Positions 28,328-37,941 of a stretch of 64,000 bases of DNA are shown piece by piece; positions within the stretch are counted from its first letter, which is position 1; each line of letters opens with the position of its first letter. Position numbers and translations under genes: made by a program. Under the pieces are notes generated by a model, which did not search any database, had not been told where the DNA came from, and saw only the letters and a list, made by a program, of their open reading frames with translations. Source of the DNA: Acidobacteriota bacterium (lineage in GTDB: Bacteria > Acidobacteriota > Blastocatellia > UBA7656); contig JBFMDH010000001.1 in NCBI GenBank assembly GCA_040754075.1, positions 166,262 through 230,261 of the forward strand. Direction: 5' to 3'.

Positions 28328-29609
28328 ATTTGATGATTTCCAATCCATCCAGATAAGGGCGCAGGGCTTCGGGTACAGCAACAGAGCCATCCGCCTGTTG
28401 ATAGTTTTCTAAAATTGCTAACCACGTTCGACCGATTGCCAAGCCCGAACCGTTCAAGGTATGCGCGAATTCCGGTTTGGCATTCGGTTCACGACGAAAG
28501 CGAATCTGCGCGCGGCGGGCTTGAAAGGCTTCGCAATTCGAGCACGAAGAGATTTCGCGGAAGGTTCCCTGACTCGGCAACCAGACTTCGATGTCATAAG
28601 TTTTTGCTGCCGAAAATCCCATATCGCCGGTCGATAGCACAATCGTGCGATATGGCAAACCTAATGCTTCAAGAATCGCTTCGGCGTTGCGCGTCAACTG
28701 TTCGAGTTCTTCGTAAGACTCTTCGGGTTTGGTGATTTTGACGAGTTCGACTTTATCGAATTGGTGCTGGCGAATTAAGCCTTTGGTGTCTTTGCCGTAG
28801 CTTCCGGCTTCCGAACGAAAGCATGGCGTATAGGCGGTCATTTTAATTGGCAAATTCGCGCCGTCCAAAATTTCATCGGCATAAATATTGGTCACCGGGA
28901 CTTCGGCAGTGGGAATCAAATAAAAATTCCGGTCGTCGGTGAGTTTGAATAAATCGCCTTCAAATTTGGGTAATTGCCCGGTGCCAAACAAGCTGTTGGC
29001 ATTGACAATGAACGGTGGCAAGACTTCCGTGTAGCCATGTTTTTTAGTGTGAAAATCCAGGCAGAAATTAATCAAGGCGCGTTCGAGTCGCGCGCCAAGT
29101 CCGGTGAGGATGGCAAAACGCGCGCCGGTGATTTTCGCGGCGCGTTCAAAATCGACGATACCAAGCCGCACGCCAAGGTCTGCGTGATCTAATGGTGTGA
29201 AGCCGAATTGGCGCGGTTCGCCCCAACGTTTGATTTCTTGATTTGCCGATTCATCTACGCCTACCGGAACGCTGTCGTGCGGCAGGTTGGGCACGTTGAC
29301 CAGTAAAGTTCTTAGCCCTTCTTCAACGTGTGTGACTTCGCTTTCGGTTGCGGTGATCTGTTCGACCAGTTCGCGAACCGCAGCGCGACGGGCTTCGGCT
29401 TCTTCCTTTTGCCCGGCTTTCATCATCTTGCCGATTTCCTGGCTTTCGCGATTGCGCGTCGCGTTTAAATCATCGCGTTTAGTAACTAACTGGCGGCGAC
29501 GCAAGTCGAGTTCATTAAATTCACTCAGCGCATCAAGCGGAAAATTGCGCGCTTCGAGTTTCTGTTTGACCAGTTCAAAATTATTGCGAACGTAAATGAC
29601 ATCAAGCAT
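28326..29609 (-). CDS. serS: serine--tRNA ligase
   Basis: 427 aa. N-terminal coiled-coil [23 protein letters not shown]. Class II motifs [25 protein letters not shown]. Confidence 0.95.
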   Translation of the reverse strand: MLDVIYVRNNFELVKQKLEARNFPLDALSEFNELDLRRRQLVTKRDDLNATRNRESQEIGKMMKAGQKEEAEARRAAVRELVEQITATESEVTHVEEGLRTLLVNVPNLPHDSVPVGVDESANQEIKRWGEPRQFGFTPLDHADLGVRLGIVDFERAAKITGARFAILTGLGARLERALINFCLDFHTKKHGYTEVLPPFIVNANSLFGTGQLPKFEGDLFKLTDDRNFYLIPTAEVPVTNIYADEILDGANLPIKMTAYTPCFRSEAGSYGKDTKGLIRQHQFDKVELVKITKPEESYEELEQLTRNAEAILEALGLPYRTIVLSTGDMGFSAAKTYDIEVWLPSQGTFREISSCSNCEAFQARRAQIRFRREPNAKPEFAHTLNGSGLAIGRTWLAILENYQQADGSVAVPEALRPYLDGLEIIK

Positions 29610-29738
29610 CAGTAGCCTCTTTCAGGGAAAAGATAAAACGATAAAGTAAGACAGGGCGTAAAGGGGTGTCAAATTGCGGTACGTCACAATTGCTTATGAT
29701 GTTGCGCGAGTTTGCCGCCAGTCGTTAGGATAGTCGGG

Positions 29739-30626
29739 ATGATTGAACAGGCACAACTGTCGAACGAAGAAAGTTTTTCTCTTTCAAACGAAGAAGCATT
29801 TTCGCTGCGTCAACGCGACATCGAAACAGCGGATGGCATCGCGCGCATTGCCTATATCGTTTGTGAACCAATGGAAGAAGCCGGTTTTTTGAACGCTTTC
29901 AGCACCCGGCTTGGCGGCGTGAGTTCGCTTCCTGCAAATGCCCTCAACCTGACGAACTTTAAAGGCGACACGCCGGAAAACGTCAAAGAGAATCGCCATC
30001 GATTTCTTGAAGCCATCGGCGCAGAGGGGATGCCCGTCATCACCATGCGACAGACCCACTCGACTGAAAGAGGCTTCATTGATTCGGCAGATGAAGCCTT
30101 AAAAGAGCCGCCGGGTTGTGATGCGCTGGTGTCGAAACTGAAAAACGTTTTGCTTGCCGTGCAAACCGCCGACTGTGCGCCGGTGTTGATTGCCGATACG
30201 AAATCGAAGGCGATGGCGGCGATTCACGCCGGTTGGCGTGGCACCGCGGGGCGCATCGTCGAACGCGCGGTTGCCGATTTGATGCGCCTCGGCGTAAACC
30301 CGCGTGATTGCATCGCGGCGATTGGTCCGTGCGCCTCGGCAGAGTTTTATGAAGTCGGCGCAGAGGTCATCGACCGTTATAAAAAAGAGTTCGGCTACTG
30401 GAAAGAATTGCTGGTGAATTTCAAAGCGGATGGCAAATGCCATTTGGATGTTCGCGCCGCCAATGTTCAACAATTGAAATTCTGCGGCTTTGATGAAGAA
30501 CAAATTTTCGTTGCCCCCTTTTGCACGATGGCGAGAAACGACCTGTTCTTCTCTTATCGTTTGGAAGCGGGTGGTGAACCGATGAAGGTCGGCAGATTAC
30601 TTTCGGTGATTGGCAGAGCGAAATAA
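29739..30626 (+). CDS. pgeF: peptidoglycan editing factor PgeF / YfiH (DUF152 laccase-domain protein)
   Basis: QTHSTE, TADCAPVL, HAGWRG motifs. Start chosen at the first ATG (29739). Also contains a small internal duplication SNEESFSLSNEEAFSL. Confidence 0.85.
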   Translation: MIEQAQLSNEESFSLSNEEAFSLRQRDIETADGIARIAYIVCEPMEEAGFLNAFSTRLGGVSSLPANALNLTNFKGDTPENVKENRHRFLEAIGAEGMPVITMRQTHSTERGFIDSADEALKEPPGCDALVSKLKNVLLAVQTADCAPVLIADTKSKAMAAIHAGWRGTAGRIVERAVADLMRLGVNPRDCIAAIGPCASAEFYEVGAEVIDRYKKEFGYWKELLVNFKADGKCHLDVRAANVQQLKFCGFDEEQIFVAPFCTMARNDLFFSYRLEAGGEPMKVGRLLSVIGRAK

Positions 30627-30730
30627 AAGCAAATTATTCGTCATCGGTATTAAATTCTTGCGGCGGATGTAGATTTGCTGCAATCAGCAACCTGCGTAGA
30701 TTTATTACTTCTTCTCGATTCAACCGCAAT

Positions 30731-31077
30731 TCATTTATTGTTGCTCTTCCCGTAGCCGTCAATCCGATAAGTAATGTCGAATCCATTCCATGCAAAATGT
30801 TTCTTCCATTTTTGTTTTCTGGGATTATATAGTGGCACTACTTTCCCTGTTTGGAAGTCATAGCCGCCAATTTTGGCATGTTTATAGCCGTTACATCCTT
30901 GGCAAGCAAAGGCAAGATTAGCCAAAACGGTTTTGCCGCCCTGTTGTCGAGGTTTGATATGCTCAACGGCAAAAGAAGATAGTGAGTAATTGGCAGGGCT
31001 GTAACAATACTCACAATACTTTTTGCTCGTTTTTCTACGAACCGTTTTTGCTGAACTGTGACGCGCTTTTCAGACAT
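30731..31077 (-). pseudogene. HNH endonuclease, frameshifted
   Basis: Frame a: MSEKRVTVQQKRFVEKRAK. After the A-run near 31020-31024 the homologous reading continues in another frame: YCEYCYSPANYSLSSFAVEHIKPRQQGGKTVLANLAFACQGCNGYKH (HNH CxxC...H...N...CxxCN). The track shows it as two overlapping ORFs. Confidence 0.7.
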
Positions 31078-31471
31078 AAGCCGGAGGTCTAATGCCCAGA
31101 CTATCCATCAACTCATCCACTGAAACCTGACGAATTTGAGCAAGTTTTATTAAGGCTTCGAGACGGCGCACGTTTAATTGCTCTTGCTCTTTAACTAATG
31201 GTAACAACTCCTGATACTCTTTTTCAGTGATGGTCTCTTCTTGTAGTTTACTGTACAGTTTGTTGTACCGCCGCTGTTTATCTTTTGGGAATGCCTCTTT
31301 TATTTTGAGCAATAGTGCAGATTCGCGTTTTGACGGGCGCGGAGCTTTGCGGCGTGCCTGAACTTTCAAAACCTCTCCGGCAAATTTATCCAACTCTTGA
31401 GTGCTCAATTGCTCCACGGCTTGCAAAAGCTCGTCTGCGGAAAGTTTCGCTTGCACTTGAATGACTGGCAT
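31070..31471 (-). CDS. hypothetical protein, partner of the HNH gene
   Basis: Start chosen at the ATG at 31471 (MPVIQVQAKLSADELLQAVEQLS) preceded by ggagaacc. Overlaps the HNH start by 8 nt. Helical, charged, no recognised domain. Confidence 0.45.
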   Translation of the reverse strand: MPVIQVQAKLSADELLQAVEQLSTQELDKFAGEVLKVQARRKAPRPSKRESALLLKIKEAFPKDKQRRYNKLYSKLQEETITEKEYQELLPLVKEQEQLNVRRLEALIKLAQIRQVSVDELMDSLGIRPPAYV

Positions 31472-31484
31472 TGGTTCTCCTAAG

Positions 31485-32543
31485 CTAAGCGCCTTCTTTT
31501 TTGGCAAAGTAACCGCGACGATGACGCACGGTTAAATCTTTGCGATTTTTGACGCGCACAACAATCGTGCGAAATGACCCGTCCTGGGCTTCGTTCGATG
31601 ATTGATAGGTCAGGATATTATGCGAACGCAGGTCTTCATCAATCTGTGCGTAGGCTTCATCCAAATCCTTTTCACTGCGCGGCACGAATGAACGCCCGCC
31701 GGTCTCGCTGGCAATCTTCTTCAAATCACCCGAAGCAATGCCCGTCGAGCCGCTGATGCCGATGGTGTAGATGATCACTTCATGTCGCCAGGCTTTTTCG
31801 ATGGCTTCGCGCATTTTGATGTGGCTGTCGGTATCCTGCCCGTCGGTGAGCAAAATAATTACGCGGCGTCCGGCTTCACCGCTGAGCAATTCGCCTGAGG
31901 TTGAATAAATCGCATCGTACATCGCCGTCGCGCCGATGTGTGAACCGCCGTTGATCGGTGGCGTGCCTCTGCCGCTTGGGATTGCCGATGGCGCAACCGG
32001 TATGCGAACGTCATCAAGCGCGCGTTCCAGTTTCTGCATATTTGAAGTCAGGTCTTGCACCAGTTCGGATTCATGTTGAAAAGTCACCACGGCGGCTAAA
32101 TCTTTTTTCGGGCGCAAAATTCTCTCAAAGAATTTTTTCCCCGCAGAAATTTGAATCGGCAAAGTAAATTCCTGGCTGCCTGAAATATCAATCAACATGG
32201 CGATGGTGAGCGCTGCATCGGTTTGCCGGTCAAACGATTCAACCTGTTGCGGCTTGCCGTCTTCGAGGATTTCGAGGTCTTCTTTTTTCAAATCGTTGAC
32301 ATAGCGATTCGATTTTTCCGTAACCGTAAACGGCACGGTAACCAGTTGGGTGCCGAGTTTGATTATCTGACCGTCGTCCTCATCATCCGATTTTTTATTT
32401 TTATCGTCAGCTTTTTGGTTTTTATTTTCCTGATTTTTTTTCTCGGATTGTGGATTGAAATTGGCGCTGGTAATGGACAGCGATGAAAACAGCACTGCCA
32501 CAAATAACACTCCTGCAATGACTAAAAACTTCTGATACTTCAT
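31485..32543 (-). CDS. secreted VWA-domain protein (acidobacterial VWFA-related family, TIGR03436-like), paralogue 1
   Basis: 352 aa with signal peptide. IAMLIDISGSQ (MIDAS DxSxS). ILLTDGQDTDS. C-terminal HRRGYFA. Confidence 0.85.
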   Translation of the reverse strand: MKYQKFLVIAGVLFVAVLFSSLSITSANFNPQSEKKNQENKNQKADDKNKKSDDEDDGQIIKLGTQLVTVPFTVTEKSNRYVNDLKKEDLEILEDGKPQQVESFDRQTDAALTIAMLIDISGSQEFTLPIQISAGKKFFERILRPKKDLAAVVTFQHESELVQDLTSNMQKLERALDDVRIPVAPSAIPSGRGTPPINGGSHIGATAMYDAIYSTSGELLSGEAGRRVIILLTDGQDTDSHIKMREAIEKAWRHEVIIYTIGISGSTGIASGDLKKIASETGGRSFVPRSEKDLDEAYAQIDEDLRSHNILTYQSSNEAQDGSFRTIVVRVKNRKDLTVRHRRGYFAKKEGA

Positions 32544-33619
32544 TTCTTTTCATCTCTCGGCGCGTAATAGCCGCGACGATGCACCAAACGAACATCGTCA
32601 CGATTATTCACACGAACTTCTATGCGACGAAAACTGCCGTCGCGGTTGGGGTTGGATGGCGTGTAAGCCACCAGGTATTGGCTGCGCATTTCGTTTTCGA
32701 TTTGCCGAAAATCTTCCATTAAATCATCCGCGCCCTGCGGAAAATAGGCGCGTCCGCCAGTCTCTTCCGATAACCGTTTCAAGACATCTTCGCGCACCCC
32801 TTCAAAGCGGAAACGGTCGCCGATGCCGATGGAATAGATCACCACCCCGGCTTTCCAGGCGCGGTCAATGGCATCGTCGAGTTTGCGATTGCTGGCATTA
32901 TCAACGCCGTCTGTAAGCAAGATAATCGCGCGGCGCACGATGGAATCATCTGTGGTGCGCGCGCGATATTCATCACGCGCCAGAATTTCATCGGCGGTCA
33001 CATAAATCGCATCATAGAGCGCAGTCGCCTGTCTGCGAGTTGAGGCATTATTGAACCGGCGCGAGTATTGAATTTCATCCAAAGCGCGTTGCAAAGATTC
33101 CACACGCGAAGAAAGCCCCTGCACCAGATCGACGTCATCCTGAAAGGTGAGAATCGCCGCAGAGTCTTTGCCCTGGCGAATAATCGAGCGCAAAAACTCG
33201 CTCGCCGCCGTCTTTTCTTTCGGGAAAGTGTATTCCTGACTGCCCGACAAATCCATCAGGATGGCGATGTTGATTGGCAGCGTCGATTCGCGTTTGAATG
33301 CGAAAAGGGTTTGCGGTTTGCCGTCTTCAAAAATCGTGACCTCTTCTTGTTTAAGGTCGCTCACGATGCGATTGTTTTTATCGACGGCGCTGAAAAAAAG
33401 ATTGACCAGGTCGGCTCCGAGTTTCACCACTTCATCACTCGTAGGGATTTCTTCGGGCTTCGCGTCGGTTTTTTGCGGCGGTTGAGTGGCAGGTTTATTT
33501 TTCTGCGCATCCGCCGCAGAAGATTTCGGCGCAGGCTTGGTTGGTGATTTTTGCCCCTGAGCCAATAAAGCAGGTGCGATGACGGCAACTAATACGATGA
33601 CAGCGATTGATTTTTTCAT
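32540..33619 (-). CDS. secreted VWA-domain protein (TIGR03436-like), paralogue 2
   Basis: 359 aa with signal peptide. IAILMDLSGSQ. ILLTDGVDNAS. C-terminal HRRGYYA. 4 nt overlap with paralogue 1. Confidence 0.85.
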   Translation of the reverse strand: MKKSIAVIVLVAVIAPALLAQGQKSPTKPAPKSSAADAQKNKPATQPPQKTDAKPEEIPTSDEVVKLGADLVNLFFSAVDKNNRIVSDLKQEEVTIFEDGKPQTLFAFKRESTLPINIAILMDLSGSQEYTFPKEKTAASEFLRSIIRQGKDSAAILTFQDDVDLVQGLSSRVESLQRALDEIQYSRRFNNASTRRQATALYDAIYVTADEILARDEYRARTTDDSIVRRAIILLTDGVDNASNRKLDDAIDRAWKAGVVIYSIGIGDRFRFEGVREDVLKRLSEETGGRAYFPQGADDLMEDFRQIENEMRSQYLVAYTPSNPNRDGSFRRIEVRVNNRDDVRLVHRRGYYAPRDEKK

Positions 33620-33641
33620 CCTTTAAAAACCTCAACTCCGG

Positions 33642-33719
33642 TTATTGGTCACTGGTCATTGGTCATTTGTAGAAGGCTTGACAAATCACTAATGACAAAG
33701 GACAACTGACGAATGACTA
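33642..33719. repeat. inverted (TTGGTCA)-type heptamer arrays; overlaps the stop codon of VWA paralogue 3
   Basis: ttattggtcactggtcattggtcatttg ... caaatcactaatgacaaaggacaactgacgaatgacta. Confidence 0.75.
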
Positions 33720-34661
33720 ATAAACATACCCCTGCTTGTGATAAAGGTCGCCCTCAGCATTGAGGAGCTTGACTTTGATTTTGCGTTCTTTGCCGGTTTT
33801 ATCCTGATTGCTCGGCGTGTAATAGACCACATATTCGCGGCGCAAATCTTCTGCGACTTCGGTAAACGAACGGAATAATTCAGCCTTTTGCGAGGGCAGG
33901 AAGACCTGTCCGCCGGTGGCTTCGCAAAGCATTTCCAATTCTTTATCGGGGTCTGCTGCCACTGTGCCCGCGCCGGTGCCGGTGAAATTTTTGGTGCTGA
34001 TTCCGAAAATCGTCACATCAAAACGTTGAGCGATTTCAATGGCATCTTTCAAGCTTTTATCGCTTGCGGTATCTTCGCCATCCGAAAGAATCACCAGAAT
34101 TCGCCGCGCTTCGCTATCGGGAACCGTCGCCATTTTCTCTTCAATGACCCGATAGACGCCGTCAAACAGTTTAGTGTAGCCGCTGGCTTTCAACTGTTTA
34201 ATGGCTTTGGAAATCTGCTCCAGCGAAGCCGTGAAATCCTGATGCAATTCGACATCGGAATCGAAACTGGCGACCAGAACTCTATCCTTTCGACGATAAG
34301 AAGTAACCGTAGCTGCGAAATCATCGGCGGCTTCTTTTTCAACCGGCAGTTTGAGTTTTACGCTGTTGCTGGTGTCGATCAAAATTCCGACATTGAGCGG
34401 CAATTCGCTGGGCGATACGAATTTGTTAATCGCCTGCTTTTTACCATCTTCGTAAATTTCAAAATTCGATTGCGCCAATCCGCCCAGGAATTTGGCTTTG
34501 CGTTTTACAGTAATCGGCAGACGCACTTCGGTAATGCCGATACCGATTTGTTTGTCATCATTTTTCTTGTCCTGGGTTGGTGGCTTTTGTGAAAAAGCCA
34601 AAGCATTGGTTAAAGCAACGAAAAAGGTGACGAGAAGTGAGATTACAATGGCGCGTTTCAT
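33717..34661 (-). CDS. secreted VWA-domain protein (TIGR03436-like), paralogue 3
   Basis: Start at the internal ATG (MKRAIVISLLVTFFVALTNALAFSQ). VGILIDTSNS. VILSDGEDTAS. C-terminal HKQGYVY. Confidence 0.8.
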   Translation of the reverse strand: MKRAIVISLLVTFFVALTNALAFSQKPPTQDKKNDDKQIGIGITEVRLPITVKRKAKFLGGLAQSNFEIYEDGKKQAINKFVSPSELPLNVGILIDTSNSVKLKLPVEKEAADDFAATVTSYRRKDRVLVASFDSDVELHQDFTASLEQISKAIKQLKASGYTKLFDGVYRVIEEKMATVPDSEARRILVILSDGEDTASDKSLKDAIEIAQRFDVTIFGISTKNFTGTGAGTVAADPDKELEMLCEATGGQVFLPSQKAELFRSFTEVAEDLRREYVVYYTPSNQDKTGKERKIKVKLLNAEGDLYHKQGYVY

Positions 34662-34850
34662 AAGTTTTTGGTTTAAGAGAAGCCTCCGGGTTACTCGTAT
34701 CTGATGCACGGAAATTTAATGCAAGATGCTCAAGTAAGAAAAAATTATAGTTTGCCGGTTTGGAAAGTGACAAGCGGGAGAATCGTTCAGCAGATTTGGG
34801 GTATATCAGTCATCGACGAAAAATCAATGTGCTTCTTATTAATGGACATT

Positions 34851-34974
34851 CCCAGCGGATGCGGCGGATTGCGCGGATGAAGACGGATTTTTAAAGCGGA
34901 TGATGATTATCGGTCAAATTTCAGTGATTCAAGCAATCTGCGCCTAGCCGCCGCATCCGCTCAATCCGCTGGGG
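34851..34974. repeat. ~125 bp element bounded by 17 nt terminal inverted repeats (CCCAGCGGATGCGGCGG / CCGCCGCATCCGCT..GGG), MITE/REP-like
   Basis: 34851-34867 cccagcggatgcggcgg. 34948-34974 ccgccgcatccgct[caatccgct]gggg. The same 17-mer occurs at 48927-48943. Confidence 0.65.
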
Positions 34975-35147
34975 AATTCAAATTGAAATAAGAAATCTCA
35001 AGGGCTTCCAGCAGAAAACTTCAAACCCAGCTATTGGATCTTCGCATACACCTTTAACCTTACAATTTTCTTGCGGCGGTTGTGGGTTCGGACAGTTGTT
35101 TGCGTGTGACGAAAAGCGTGTGCTAGCATCCACGTCTTAGGAGTTAT

Positions 35148-36422
35148 ATGACAGTACAATCCAGTCCTATTGAAAAGACCAATCTTGCAAACGGTCTTAC
35201 CATCATCACCGAAAAAATGGCTCACGTTCGTTCCGCTTCCGTAGGCATATGGGTGCGCTCAGGGTCGCGCCACGAACAAGCGGAACTCAATGGCATTTCA
35301 CATTTCATCGAACATGCCTTATTTAAAGGCACCCAGAAAAGAAATTCGCGGCAGATTGCCGTTGAAGGCGATGCCATCGGCGGCAATGTCGATGCCTTCA
35401 CCAGCCGCGAAGTCGCCTGTTATCACTTTCGCGCTTTGGACGCGCATGTTCCGCGCGCCTTCGATTTGCTCGCCGATTTAGTGACCGCGCCGTTATTTGC
35501 AAATGAAGAACTCGACCGCGAACGCAAAGTCGTGCTCGAAGAAATCAACATGGTCGAAGACACGCCCGATGACCTGGTGCACGAAGTCTTCAATGCCAAC
35601 TTCTGGCCTAACCATCCGTTGGGTCGCTCTATCTTAGGAACCTCGGATACGCTGGCGACCTTTGATCACACTCGCGTGATGGAACATTTCAAACGCGTCT
35701 ACATCCCGCGCAATCTGGTTGTCGCGGGCGCAGGCAATATCGAACATCAAGAGTTTGTCGAAATGGTTGCCGGTTATTTCAACGATTTGCCGGATACGAC
35801 GGTTGAATTGAATAAAACCTCGCCAACCGTTGCCTGGCCGCGCATCACCATTAATAAAGAGCTGGAACAAGCGCATCTCGTGCTAGGCACCAGTTGCCCG
35901 TCGCTACTTCACCAAGACCGTTATGGCGTCAACATCCTTGCAGTGATTTTGGGCGGCGGCATGAGTTCGCGGCTTTTTCAAAGTATTCGCGAAGAGCATG
36001 GGCTTGCCTATTCGGTTTTCGCGGGTGTCAGTTCTTACACGGATGCCGGTTGCCTGTCGATGTACGCGGCGACTTCGCCTGAGCGGATGAGTAAAGCGAT
36101 TCGTTTGAGTATCGAAGAGTTCAGAAAATGCAAAGTCGAAGCGGTTTCCGAAGATGAGTTGCAACGCGCCAAAGACCAGTTGAAAGTTTCCATTATGCTC
36201 AGCCTGGAATCCTGTTCGGCGCGCATGAGCAACCTGGCGCGACAGGAGATTTTTTACGGCAAACAATTTTCGCTTGATGAAATTTTGCAACGCATTGAAA
36301 AAGTTACTGCCGATGATGTGCAACGCATCGCCAATCAGGTTTTCAACGGAAATGGTCTGGCGATGACCGCCATCGGGCAACTCGAAGATTTTGAAATCGC
36401 AGAAGACATGCTTACGGTTTAG
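35148..36422 (+). CDS. M16 family (pitrilysin/insulinase-like) zinc peptidase
   Basis: 424 aa. GISHFIEHALFKGT (inverted zincin HxxEH). Confidence 0.88.
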   Translation: MTVQSSPIEKTNLANGLTIITEKMAHVRSASVGIWVRSGSRHEQAELNGISHFIEHALFKGTQKRNSRQIAVEGDAIGGNVDAFTSREVACYHFRALDAHVPRAFDLLADLVTAPLFANEELDRERKVVLEEINMVEDTPDDLVHEVFNANFWPNHPLGRSILGTSDTLATFDHTRVMEHFKRVYIPRNLVVAGAGNIEHQEFVEMVAGYFNDLPDTTVELNKTSPTVAWPRITINKELEQAHLVLGTSCPSLLHQDRYGVNILAVILGGGMSSRLFQSIREEHGLAYSVFAGVSSYTDAGCLSMYAATSPERMSKAIRLSIEEFRKCKVEAVSEDELQRAKDQLKVSIMLSLESCSARMSNLARQEIFYGKQFSLDEILQRIEKVTADDVQRIANQVFNGNGLAMTAIGQLEDFEIAEDMLTV

Positions 36423-36429
36423 TTCTCAG

Positions 36430-36501
36430 GTAATGAGTGATGAGTGATGAGTGATGAGTTTAATACTCCCCGCTCATTACTCATTACTCATTACTCATCA
36501 C
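36430..36501 (+). repeat. inverted heptamer arrays forming a long hairpin favoured on the plus-strand RNA
   Basis: gtaatgagtgatgagtgatgagtgatgag (36430-36458), 14 nt loop, ctcattactcattactcattactcatcac (36473-36501). About 25 of 29 Watson-Crick pairs plus three G-U pairs that would be C-A mismatches on the opposite strand. Confidence 0.75.
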
Positions 36502-36509
36502 CTTAAAAG

Positions 36510-37304
36510 ATGAGAGTCATCATTCTTGGCAGCGGCAGTTCCGGTAACGCGCTTTACATTGAAGCGGGCGAAACCCGCGCGCTCGTTGACGTCGGACTCT
36601 CTGCCAAGGAGACGGCGCGACGCCTCACCGAAACGGGCATTGACCCGACACGCATCAACGCCATCGTCGTTACCCACGAACACGCCGACCACATCAAAGG
36701 CGTGCGGGTGTTTTCCAAAACCGCCAGCGCGCCGGTCTTCATTTCCGAAGAGACGCGAATGATGAGCAATTTTGGTGGCAAATCCGAAGATATACGTTGG
36801 GGACAGGTCATTACTTCAAGCGAGCCTTTTCAAATCGGTAGCCTCGATTTTCACCCGTTCACGATTCCCCACGACGGCATTGATACCTTTGCTTACACGG
36901 TTGAATCGGCGGGCGTGAAAATTGGCATCGTCACAGACCTTGGGTATATCACGCAACTGGTAGCGCAAAAACTGCTCGGTTGCAAAATGATTGTCATTGA
37001 ATCCAATCACGACCGCGATATGCTGAAAGTCGGTCCTTACCCCTGGCATTTGAAACAACGCATAGCCAGTAAAACCGGGCACCTGTCGAACGATGAAACC
37101 TCAAGATGGTTGAAAGAAGATTTCGACGGCGAGGCGGAATATATTGTGCTTGCACATCTATCGAAGCAGTGCAATCACCCGGAGCTTGCGAGACTAGCGG
37201 CATTGCAATCGCTTGGCGAACGCGGCTCACTATTTTTTCAAGACGCCGAACGCCGCGTCAAAGTCGCTGCCCAAGACCACGCGAGCGAGTGGTTTGAATT
37301 TTGA
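36510..37304 (+). CDS. MBL-fold metallo-hydrolase
   Basis: 264 aa. VVTHEHADH (HxHxDH). Confidence 0.85.
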   Translation: MRVIILGSGSSGNALYIEAGETRALVDVGLSAKETARRLTETGIDPTRINAIVVTHEHADHIKGVRVFSKTASAPVFISEETRMMSNFGGKSEDIRWGQVITSSEPFQIGSLDFHPFTIPHDGIDTFAYTVESAGVKIGIVTDLGYITQLVAQKLLGCKMIVIESNHDRDMLKVGPYPWHLKQRIASKTGHLSNDETSRWLKEDFDGEAEYIVLAHLSKQCNHPELARLAALQSLGERGSLFFQDAERRVKVAAQDHASEWFEF

Positions 37305-37528
37305 AATTACTTCGGCACATTTCTGCGGTTGTGATATGCGCGCTGATTGCAGCAGGATTTGTGGTTATTGGTGATTGGCTATACCCCGTTCAAACACTGG
37401 CGCAGCAATTGATTTCCGAAAGTTTTGAAACCGTAGGTGTTCTGGAACGATTTCGATATTTGTGGGGCGCAGTCTTCGCGGCTCTTTGCTTTATTTATTT
37501 TTTCTGGAATCAAAGGTGTAATGTTTGA
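37301..37528 (+). CDS. small hypothetical membrane protein
   Basis: 75 aa with two hydrophobic segments. TTG start overlapping the upstream stop. No homology recognised. Confidence 0.3.
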   Translation: MKLLRHISAVVICALIAAGFVVIGDWLYPVQTLAQQLISESFETVGVLERFRYLWGAVFAALCFIYFFWNQRCNV

Positions 37529-37584
37529 ATAGAAAAACGATTTAAAACTGGCACATGCAAAGAAGAAATTGGGAGAGCGGTTTT

Positions 37585-37941
37585 ATGGAGTATTCGGTCA
37601 TCGTTGAAAATCATAATGGCGTTTGGCGGGCGGTGATTCCGGCGCTTTCTGACCTCTCGGCAGAAGGCGCGTCGGAAGCAGAAGCGGTTGACCGAGCCAA
37701 ACAAGCGGCAGAGAAGTTTCTCGCCTCAGTGAAGATCAAAACGATTGCAGTTAATGTATCCAAGGACGCAGAACCAAGACCGGATAGCCCCCAAGCGTGG
37801 CTACGGGATGCCGGAGCATTTGTTGGCGATGAAGCAGCCATGCTGCAACACATAGAAGAAATTTACGCGGAAAGACAAAGACAGCAAAAAGAGGCGGAGT
37901 TAGAAGAGACACTAACGGGAACGGATAAACCGGCAGCATGA
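37585..37941 (+). CDS. HicB-like (UPF0150) antitoxin-type protein
   Basis: MEYSVIVENHNGVWRAVIPALSDLSAEGASEAEAVDRAKQAAEKFL is a typical HicB N-domain pattern. ATG at 37585 preceded by gggagag. 4 nt ATGA overlap with the PIN gene. Confidence 0.65.
   Translation: MEYSVIVENHNGVWRAVIPALSDLSAEGASEAEAVDRAKQAAEKFLASVKIKTIAVNVSKDAEPRPDSPQAWLRDAGAFVGDEAAMLQHIEEIYAERQRQQKEAELEETLTGTDKPAA

Noticed and set aside
33888-34592. 234 aa plus-strand ORF
   Set aside because: It is antisense to VWA paralogue 3, which has clear domain motifs. Its translation is low-complexity (F/R/G-rich) and typical of a shadow ORF. The same reasoning applies to 26027-26638, 11719-12213, 43019-43468, 56668-57105, 59710-60168, 35904-36380 and the many shorter antisense ORFs in the track.
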